From positions 1 to 46,868 of the forward strand of contig JBHLQK010000001.1 of NCBI GenBank assembly GCA_048884925.1: a DNA stretch of 46,868 nt, given 5' to 3'. Positions 18,322-25,295 of this stretch are shown in pieces. This stretch comes from Candidatus Thorarchaeota archaeon. Its GTDB lineage: Archaea; Asgardarchaeota; Thorarchaeia; Thorarchaeales; Thorarchaeaceae. Under the pieces are notes generated by a model, which saw nothing but the letters and a program-made list of their open reading frames with translations, was not told the DNA's origin and did not search any database. The translations under genes and the position numbers were made by a program. The stretch's first letter is position 1; each line of letters opens with the position of its first letter.

Positions 18322-18425
18322 TGCGGCCGCCGGGATTATCTCGACAGCCGATAGTCGTCTGCCGATTCGAACCCGGGTTGGAGGCTTGGGAGGCCTCCGT
18401 CCTAACCAAGCTAGACTACGGCCGC
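18322..18425 (-). tRNA. tRNA-Gly (anticodon CCC) with a roughly 30-nt non-canonical intron in or next to the T-loop; CCA not encoded
   Basis: Minus strand reads GCGGCCG TA GTCT AGCTTGGTTA GGAC G GAGGC CTCCCAA GCCTC CAAC CCGGG TTCGAAT [about 30 nt] CCCGG CGGCCGC A. All stems pair once the insertion is removed. Confidence 0.8.
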
Positions 18426-18536
18426 TGAAGGGGTCATCCTTACGGTGCTTGATAAAAGACTATCGGCAAACCGAAATGCTCCAAGTCAATGCTTATCAAG
18501 GACTTATGGAAAAGCCGGCCCTGAGGATTATACTTC

Positions 18537-19673
18537 ATGCCCGGTAATGATTTATCAGTCAATTTCTGGCAGGGGAATCAGGCATGTGCAGAAGCTGCAA
18601 TCGCAGCAGGTTGCAGTTTTTTTGCTGGCTATCCAATTACTCCAGCTTCTGAGATTGCAGAAATAATGGCAGAGAATCTTCCAAGGGTCGGAGGAACGTA
18701 TCTCCAAATGGAGGATGAGATAGGTGCAATCTCGGCAGTGATTGGGGCCTCATGGGGAGGCGCTCTGTCAATGACTGCTACATCGGGTCCTGGTTTCAGT
18801 CTCATGCAAGAGAATATTGGATATGCCATCATGACTGAAACACCATGTGTTATTGTGAATGTCCAACGTGCAGGACCAAGTACGGGACAGGCAACAAAAG
18901 CTGCACAAGGCGATTTTATGCAATCAAGGTGGGGTACGCATGGTGATGTTGAAAGTATAGTATTGTCCCCAAACTCAGCACAGGAAACATTCGAGCTCAC
19001 CTTGCGTGCCTTTCATCTGTCTGAGAAACTTAGACACCCCGTAATCCTTCTTTCGGACGAGGTTGTGGGACACTCTCGGGAGAAAGTAGTTGTGGACACG
19101 TTAGAAGATTTCAAGGTTCGAAGAAGATATGCAAAAGTGGGAATTCCTCCTTTTGGAGGAATCGATGATAGTGGTTGGGTCCAGATGCCAAGATTCGGTA
19201 ATGGCCATAATCTACTAGTCACTGGATCAACACACGACGAATTTGGCTATCGACGAACAGTAGATCCTGTTGTTCATGACAAGCTTGTTCGTAGAATATC
19301 GGCAAAGGTTCAAAATGAACGTGCTATACTTGCAGATGTAGTCGTGTCAGGTGAGGAATCTGCGAAATGGGGCGTCATATCATATGGCTGTACATCAAGG
19401 TCTGTAGAGGAATTGATTGCAAGAAACTCGGGTAACCTCCCGTTGAGATCGTTGCGATTGAGAACTGTATGGCCATTTCCGGATTCTGAGGTAAGAGAAT
19501 TTGCTGAATCGGTTGAACGATTACTAGTACCTGAACTTAGTCTGGGACAACTCTCCAGAGAAGTATCAAGAGTTGTTGGTGATTCCGTAAACGTGGTTTC
19601 ACTCACCAAAATCGGTGGAGGACTTATGATTGAACCGGATGAACTCCTGGAGAAAATCAAATCAGAATCGTAG
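18537..19673 (+). CDS. korA: 2-oxoacid:ferredoxin oxidoreductase alpha subunit (KorA-type)
   Basis: GNQACAEAAIAAGCSFFAGYPITPASEI...MEDEIGA...TSGPGFSLMQENIGYA...VQRAGPSTGQ. The 378-aa length is normal for KorA. Confidence 0.85.
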   Translation: MPGNDLSVNFWQGNQACAEAAIAAGCSFFAGYPITPASEIAEIMAENLPRVGGTYLQMEDEIGAISAVIGASWGGALSMTATSGPGFSLMQENIGYAIMTETPCVIVNVQRAGPSTGQATKAAQGDFMQSRWGTHGDVESIVLSPNSAQETFELTLRAFHLSEKLRHPVILLSDEVVGHSREKVVVDTLEDFKVRRRYAKVGIPPFGGIDDSGWVQMPRFGNGHNLLVTGSTHDEFGYRRTVDPVVHDKLVRRISAKVQNERAILADVVVSGEESAKWGVISYGCTSRSVEELIARNSGNLPLRSLRLRTVWPFPDSEVREFAESVERLLVPELSLGQLSREVSRVVGDSVNVVSLTKIGGGLMIEPDELLEKIKSES

Positions 19674-21409
19674 CCTGTTGAAGAGATTCCTAACGAAGAT
19701 ATAGGACTTGGTGGATTTGGGTTTCCAACAATTATCACTATGCTAGTTCTCATCCAGATGACTATAGGTTTTGAAATGCTAGTTTCTTCGCACCAAGGGC
19801 TGCTTACATACAGATACAGACTGTGTAATCCTGGATGAATGGAGAGGGGGAAAAGGACTTGTATTGAGAAGGTGATATTTACATTGCTGATTGTGACGAA
19901 CGGGGTAGCTGCTGCATCAGCGTAGATTCTCACATCAACGGTTCTGACCCTTTGTCCGCTATCATCTGTTACATTAAAAGCAATCTCAGCCGTTTCTCCA
20001 TAATAGACCAAATCAAATCCTACAGTGACGCTGATGGCCCCATACACAATAATTTCTAGTTCAAGAGGTCCTTGAGCAATGAACGAGCTATCCCTTATTT
20101 CAATGGCTATTGTATGAGGACCCAGTGAAGTATTGTCAGCAATTGGGAAGCTAAGTTCCGTTAGGCTGTTTGCTATAACCGACGTGTTGGCTCCAATCTC
20201 ACCAATGGAGTCTGTGATTGCTATTGGAATCACCTGGCTCTGTAGGAGGGTCGAATTGATACTGATATTCAATGTGTTATTGCTGCCACGTATGGCTGAC
20301 CAAGAAAAATTCGTTGATGAAAGCTGAACAACATAAGGCATCACATCAACTGTGACTAATTCAGTTTCGTTCCGATATAATGGATTAACAGATGTCAGGT
20401 TCACGTTGTAAAGTCCTGGTTCGACATTGAAAGAAATTGACACGCCATAGTGTCCGATGCCGAGGAAGTTCATTATACCGGAAGAAAAGGAAGTTTCCCA
20501 CTGAATTATGCTATCGGATATAGGTTGGCCTCCCCAGGTTGTTTGCTCTACCAGTATGTCTACAGATTCTATTTGACTGCCATCTGGAGTCTGGCAATGA
20601 ACTGAAGATGGTGAAGATAGAACGGTTAGATTTGAGGCAGCCCTTGTTACTTCGATGGGAAAGGATTCGGAAAAAGGAAGAAAATCTTCGGTCCCATTAC
20701 CTTCTACTACAACTGTATAGTCTCCTGGAGGCCCAGTAGTGTCAGTCCAGTTCATCTGAACTTTTCCGCTTGAGGATGTAATCGTATCTGATTGCATTAT
20801 TGAGTCAAGTGTAGAATTGAGGAGAGTAACTGTCACAGGGCGGTTCCCGTATGGAATAGATTGGTTATGCATACTTACGACTTTGAACTCGATCGTAGTA
20901 TTTGTATTGAATTCAATATTCAATGGTGATAATGGCACGACACTGAGGTGGCCTCTTGTTATATTCACGACTATCGTGTCACCCCCACCCTGTGAATAGG
21001 AATCGTAGATTTCAACATTGAAGATGACAAAGGCCTGTGAGCTAATTGGTCCGGGCGAGGTGTCTTCTGGCATGATAGTGTAGGATGAATTGAAATAACG
21101 CACATCATTTGAGGATGAGATAAAATAGCTATTTGAAAATGTAGGACCTTGGTCGGTCACTACTGCAAATGATACATAACACCATCCATCTTCGCCGAAG
21201 TCCGCGATCAACTTAGCCATCATGTTTATTGTTTCACCTACTTCATACACTAGCTTGTCAGTTTCGAAGTAATGAAATTCAAAATAGAAAGCAGAAACGG
21301 GTGTAACCAGACAAAGTGCAATACATGTGCAGACAATAACAGCTACTAGTGTCCTTTGGCTCAAATGACCCACCAAAACTCGGTTCGTATGTTGCCTAAA
21401 AAACAGCAC
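19310..21409 (-). CDS. secreted repeat-rich (Ig-like/Big-like) surface glycoprotein; C-terminal boundary doubtful
   Basis: GTG start and an N-terminal signal/anchor (LVAVIVCTCIALCLVTPVSA). Long beta-rich repeats with about 18-20 N-x-S/T sequons by eye. The last roughly 120 codons are antisense to korA and S/T-rich. Confidence 0.6.
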   Translation of the reverse strand: MLFFRQHTNRVLVGHLSQRTLVAVIVCTCIALCLVTPVSAFYFEFHYFETDKLVYEVGETINMMAKLIADFGEDGWCYVSFAVVTDQGPTFSNSYFISSSNDVRYFNSSYTIMPEDTSPGPISSQAFVIFNVEIYDSYSQGGGDTIVVNITRGHLSVVPLSPLNIEFNTNTTIEFKVVSMHNQSIPYGNRPVTVTLLNSTLDSIMQSDTITSSSGKVQMNWTDTTGPPGDYTVVVEGNGTEDFLPFSESFPIEVTRAASNLTVLSSPSSVHCQTPDGSQIESVDILVEQTTWGGQPISDSIIQWETSFSSGIMNFLGIGHYGVSISFNVEPGLYNVNLTSVNPLYRNETELVTVDVMPYVVQLSSTNFSWSAIRGSNNTLNISINSTLLQSQVIPIAITDSIGEIGANTSVIANSLTELSFPIADNTSLGPHTIAIEIRDSSFIAQGPLELEIIVYGAISVTVGFDLVYYGETAEIAFNVTDDSGQRVRTVDVRIYADAAATPFVTISNVNITFSIQVLFPLSIHPGLHSLYLYVSSPWCEETSISKPIVIWMRTSIVIIVGNPNPPSPISSLGISSTGYDSDLIFSRSSSGSIISPPPILVSETTFTESPTTLDTSLESCPRLSSGTSNRSTDSANSLTSESGNGHTVLNRNDLNGRLPEFLAINSSTDLDVQPYDMTPHFADSSPDTTTSASIARSF

Positions 21410-21481
21410 ACGAATAGAACGACAACTTTAATTCAAGACTTACTGCCAACCAAGCGCCGAAGAGAAGGAGTGTCCTGATTT

Positions 21482-21847
21482 ATGGTAGTCCGACTAAAGA
21501 GTGCTACAGTTGAATCTATTGAAGATACTGAAACAAAGAGGCTGAAAGTTGTCAAGCTAAATGCCAAGGAGGAGGGGGCTCGGATTTCATTGGAACTTCC
21601 GGAGGTCCTATGCGCTACAATGAATCAAAGTAACAAAGTCACTGTTATAATCGATACTAAACCAATCACACGAGGAGACAGTGCCAGACTCTATGCAGAG
21701 GGTAAGGTTTTTCGAATAAGGGATGATGATGGAGTTGAGGTAACTGGTACGGTGGGTGGACTGAGAATGACTCTTGATATTAGTAATCCTACTGCTGCTC
21801 AAAGAAAGACCTTTGATTCCGACAGATTCTTAATAGCCATTATTTGA
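21482..21847 (+). CDS. rpo8: RNA polymerase subunit Rpo8 (RpoG, Rpb8 homologue)
   Basis: 121 aa. YAEGKVFRI...VGGLRMTL...FDSDRFLIAI parallels eukaryotic Rpb8 YGKVYRI...YGGLLMRL...FEVDSRVYLLMK, as recalled from the yeast and human protein. Confidence 0.65.
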   Translation: MVVRLKSATVESIEDTETKRLKVVKLNAKEEGARISLELPEVLCATMNQSNKVTVIIDTKPITRGDSARLYAEGKVFRIRDDDGVEVTGTVGGLRMTLDISNPTAAQRKTFDSDRFLIAII

Positions 21848-22019
21848 AAGGGTGTTTCAATATTCGACCAGAATAGTTTCGGATATCTCTTTCTCAGTCC
21901 AGACCGTTAGTACTCATTGCAAGGAATTAGTAATCTGCTCTATAGAACAACATGCCCTGAAGAACGTACTGAAACCCTCCTGAAATCTAGTTAGGACTGC
22001 AGACCTATGTCTAGTTTGG

Positions 22020-23057
22020 GTGTGGTCTTTGATTGATGAAACATTCGAGGCTATTCAAAACGAGTCTTGGTCCTGTCCTGACTGTTCAGGTCTATTGACA
22101 GCGAACCAGGGCTATATAGTATGTGTAGAATGTGGTTTGGTGATTTCTAGAGAATACGTGTCACCTACCTATCAAATGGGTGAAAAGGTATCTGACAATG
22201 CACCTGAAGCAAGCGTATACGTTTCTCTTGGCAATCGTATGCATATTGTTGATGGACTGGGGAGCTATATTGGCTTTCATAAGGATAGATACTTTCAGGA
22301 TGCACATGGTCAGACTCTCACAGCACGGTCTCAGAAGAAATTCAAGCGGCTTAAGATGATTTACAGCATGCGAATACGGATTGGCAGAAACGAAGCAAAA
22401 TATAGAGCTCTCAGAACACTCAATCATGTTTCAAAGCTGCTTATGTTAAACGAACAAGTCCGTGATCGCACAGCCTATCTCTACAAGAAAATATCCTCTG
22501 AGTCTTCAGAGAAGATTAACAATAACATCCTGCTTGTAGCTGTATGTCTTCTAATGGCTGTGAGAGAGTTCAAGGATGGAGCGCCAATAACCTTGGACGA
22601 GATAGCTAATACCTTCGAAAAATGTGGACATCGTGTGAACGTCAGGGCTATTGTAAGAGAAGCGCTGAAACTCAAATCACTAACAGGTGTTGCTCCTGAG
22701 ATTCGTCGTCCAGAAGACTATGTACCAAGAGTTCTGTCTATGTTGATGAACAGTGAAAAGGTGCTCAAGAAGGTGACAGCTCGTGGATGGAATCTGAAGA
22801 TGTATGAGAATGCTCTCAGAGACAAAATCCTTGAGGTTCTTGATATGATACCGACCTCTAGAAGAGGAGGACGGAATCCATACATATTCACTGTTTCTGC
22901 AGCTTACGCAAGCGACCGTCTAATTGCAGATGATTATGGAAAACGGTCCGTGCTTACTCAGAAGCTCACTTCAGAAGCTACTGAAGTCGCCGAATACAGC
23001 ATTCGAGATCACTTTGGAATGATGAAGAAAGTGATTGCTTTGGCTTCTCCAACATAG
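22020..23057 (+). CDS. divergent transcription factor B (TFIIB-like) paralogue
   Basis: N-terminal zinc ribbon CPDCSG...VCVECG, then two cyclin-like repeats (ALRTLNHVSKLL...AVCLLMAVRE...ITLDEIANTF). GTG start. The B-reader region does not look canonical. Confidence 0.75.
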   Translation: MWSLIDETFEAIQNESWSCPDCSGLLTANQGYIVCVECGLVISREYVSPTYQMGEKVSDNAPEASVYVSLGNRMHIVDGLGSYIGFHKDRYFQDAHGQTLTARSQKKFKRLKMIYSMRIRIGRNEAKYRALRTLNHVSKLLMLNEQVRDRTAYLYKKISSESSEKINNNILLVAVCLLMAVREFKDGAPITLDEIANTFEKCGHRVNVRAIVREALKLKSLTGVAPEIRRPEDYVPRVLSMLMNSEKVLKKVTARGWNLKMYENALRDKILEVLDMIPTSRRGGRNPYIFTVSAAYASDRLIADDYGKRSVLTQKLTSEATEVAEYSIRDHFGMMKKVIALASPT

Positions 23058-23113
23058 AAAAGCAATGTGACAAATTTGGCTTCGATCATACTCCTGAAGG
23101 TGATGATTAGGAA

Positions 23114-24796
23114 ATGCAGGAAGATAGGCTAAGAGTGATTAGATGTCCGGACACAAGGTGCGTGGAGTGTTCTGAACTGGCTGCTCAAGATTGCTCGAAA
23201 CTCTCCTTACAACCAAGAAAGGGGACAAAGGCGAAGGTAATTATTTTGGAATCTTCCAGAAGCTTTCTTCATCTTGGAGGATTGTCAGGTTGCACCCCAA
23301 CTAGACCGCCATGGAAAGGAGAAGGGTGGGAATCGGTTTATATTGGCAATCAAGAAGAGTTCCCGGATAAGAATTGGTGTCCTGTAGATATCTACTTGGT
23401 TGGACCGTATCTTTCGCTTTACTTCTCAATGGCGAGTGGTAATGAAATCTTTCACAGGTCGTATCCACTAGTGAGAACTTCGCTCGAGTATGGATTGCTG
23501 CAGAAACTAAGTGAATCAATTGAGAGTGAACTTCAGAAAAAGCTAGGAATAAGGACAAGTATTTCTGAACGACTTCAGCAGATATCGGACAGTATTTGCA
23601 AGGACATCTTGAGGTCGTTACCCGAGATAAATGAAGTGACGCGTGAAAGAATATCTAGACTCGTGGCAAACAGAACAACTGTTCTAGATCCAATTCTTCC
23701 AATTCTGCTAGATGATGATGTGGAAGAGGTATATGTAGACCGTCCAAGAAAGCCCGTCTATTTTGACCACTGTAGGTTAGGAAGATGCATTTCAGAATAC
23801 GAGCTTCGACAGGATGAGGTTCCTCGTTTCACAACACTCCTTCGGGCAGAGAGTAACCTTCATCTCGATAGGAAGAATCCTTCTCTCAAAACTGACTTGA
23901 AACTATTTGATATGAACCTACGAATTTCAGCCAGCTTGCCACCGCTCAGTCCGGATGGTTTGCACTTGGAGATTCGACGGGCTCGGAAGAAACCATTTAC
24001 AATTCTCGACTTAATATGCAATGATACATTAACAACTGAAGCTGCAGCTGCACTTCTTCTAGCATTGGGTTTTAGGTTCAACATAACGGTAACAGGAGGA
24101 CCTGGAACCGGTAAAACTACTTTGTTGAATGCACTTGACTTGGATAGTCCTAAAACTTGGAGAAAAATCTACATCGAAGATGCAGTAGAAAGCAGAGATC
24201 TTAAGAATCATCATCAAGTTCGCTTCAAGGTCGATCCTTTTGATGAGATAGAAAGCCACTTTGACAAATCCGCAGAGATTGTTAAGACTCTCCATAGATC
24301 ACCGGATTATCTTATTCTTGGTGAGATTCAAACTGCGGAACATAGTCAAGCACTTTTCCAAGCTATTGCCGCTGGACTTCGTGCGATGCAGACTTGTCAT
24401 AGCTATTCTGCAGCTAGTCTTGTTTCTCGTTGGACCACAGGACATGGAATTGATAAATCAAGTATGGCAATGATGGACTTGATTGTGACAATGGTGCGCC
24501 CGGTACCTGGAGAATCTACTAGGCGTGTCAGTGAGATTGTTGAAGTGCGGCGCACTGTTTCGGAAGGGGTTCTGAGGTTTACTGGACTTAATACAGTCTA
24601 CGACTATCATTCCTCTCAGAATTTGAAATGGGCACCTGATGGCGCGTATCTCTCGTACGCAAGAGAAATTGGACATGAGAATCATTTCCAAGCTTATAAT
24701 GCATTAGTTGATTTCTTGACTCATAAATTAGAAACTTCAGTGGAAACTGGCCATGATTTGGGAAGGGAAATTTGGTCGCAGGTATATCCGTTGTGA
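23114..24796 (+). CDS. type II/IV secretion-family ATPase (archaeal PilB/FlaI/TadA/VirB11 clade)
   Basis: Walker A GGPGTGKTT, Asp box IYIEDAVE, Walker B PDYLILGEIQTAE, His box TCHS. It carries about 250 aa of N-terminal extension with a Cys cluster (CPDTRCVEC). Confidence 0.8.
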   Translation: MQEDRLRVIRCPDTRCVECSELAAQDCSKLSLQPRKGTKAKVIILESSRSFLHLGGLSGCTPTRPPWKGEGWESVYIGNQEEFPDKNWCPVDIYLVGPYLSLYFSMASGNEIFHRSYPLVRTSLEYGLLQKLSESIESELQKKLGIRTSISERLQQISDSICKDILRSLPEINEVTRERISRLVANRTTVLDPILPILLDDDVEEVYVDRPRKPVYFDHCRLGRCISEYELRQDEVPRFTTLLRAESNLHLDRKNPSLKTDLKLFDMNLRISASLPPLSPDGLHLEIRRARKKPFTILDLICNDTLTTEAAAALLLALGFRFNITVTGGPGTGKTTLLNALDLDSPKTWRKIYIEDAVESRDLKNHHQVRFKVDPFDEIESHFDKSAEIVKTLHRSPDYLILGEIQTAEHSQALFQAIAAGLRAMQTCHSYSAASLVSRWTTGHGIDKSSMAMMDLIVTMVRPVPGESTRRVSEIVEVRRTVSEGVLRFTGLNTVYDYHSSQNLKWAPDGAYLSYAREIGHENHFQAYNALVDFLTHKLETSVETGHDLGREIWSQVYPL

Positions 24797-24887
24797 TTTG
24801 CAGGAGCTTGGATTTTTGCCTGACTTTTCACTCAATTTGAGGGCAGTTAAAATACCATACTATAGACAGGTAATCAGGTGGAAATTC

Positions 24888-25082
24888 ATGCATGACCCGA
24901 TAAGGGATGAACAGGGTGGCCCATTAGTTGAAGAGAGTCTCTTACTTGGCATTGCTGTGGTTACTGTGTCAATAGTCATTGCTGTTATACTGCAGGCAAC
25001 AGGTTGGGCACAGGATGTAGTAGCTGGGCTTTTTCAGATCCTTGAAGACAGTTGGAGCAGCTTAACGAGTTTGTTTCCATAA
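24888..25082 (+). CDS. Flp-like type IV pilin precursor (class III signal peptide), 64 aa
   Basis: MHDPIRDEQGG/PLVEESLLLGIAVVTVSIVIAVIL resembles the Flp motif (K/R)DE.G / ATAIEYGLI, with Glu at +5 after the predicted cleavage. AGGTGG lies 7 nt upstream of the ATG at 24888. The upstream part of track ORF 24753 overlaps the ATPase and was discarded. Confidence 0.55.
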   Translation: MHDPIRDEQGGPLVEESLLLGIAVVTVSIVIAVILQATGWAQDVVAGLFQILEDSWSSLTSLFP

Positions 25083-25178
25083 TGATTTAGTGACATTGGC
25101 AGGTTTTAAACCAAGAATTGGGGAAACCCTTATTTGCAGTCTGGAATGAGCACAACCGCTCCGGACTGGTGCGCCCTA

Positions 25179-25285
25179 GCTCCGGTAGATGCCTCATGAA
25201 ACCATGATGCAACCGTATGTAGTCCGGCCCAGCATGAGGGACTCTCGATCCCTCGACCCGGGTTCAAATCCCGGCCGGAGCACCA
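25179..25285 (+). tRNA. tRNA-Glu (anticodon CTC) with a roughly 29-nt non-canonical intron in the D-arm region, CCA encoded
   Basis: GCTCCGG TA G[about 29 nt]TGT AGTCCGGCCCA GCAT G AGGGA CTCTCGA TCCCT CGAC CCGGG TTCAAAT CCCGG CCGGAGC A CCA. The inserted segment folds as TGC-C-TCATG AAAC CATGA-T-GCA. The exact splice points are ambiguous by 1-2 nt. Confidence 0.8.
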
Positions 25286-25295
25286 AATTCTATTG

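Noticed and set aside
18180-18428. 82-aa ORF overlapping the tRNA-Gly locus, and the similar 25189-25392 ORF over tRNA-Glu.
   Set aside because: The sequence folds into complete tRNA cloverleaves, so these ORFs are by-products of GC-rich tRNA sequence.
18448-18500. Inverted repeat CTTGATAA ... TTATCAAG upstream of korA.
   Set aside because: The stem is only 8 bp with a loop of about 37 nt. It is not repeated elsewhere and is compatible with chance.
24753-24887. Upstream extension of the pilin-like ORF (track start at 24753).
   Set aside because: It overlaps the 3' end of the ATPase gene and has no signal-like features. The ATG at 24888 has a good AGGTGG site and yields a canonical short Flp-like precursor.
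25158-25185. Duplicate GCTCCGG heptamer 14 nt upstream of the tRNA-Glu 5' end. I considered a permuted or split tRNA, or an att-like duplication.
   Set aside because: Only 7 nt are repeated. Using the upstream copy as the acceptor stem removes U8 and breaks the D-arm. No integrase or second repeat is nearby.
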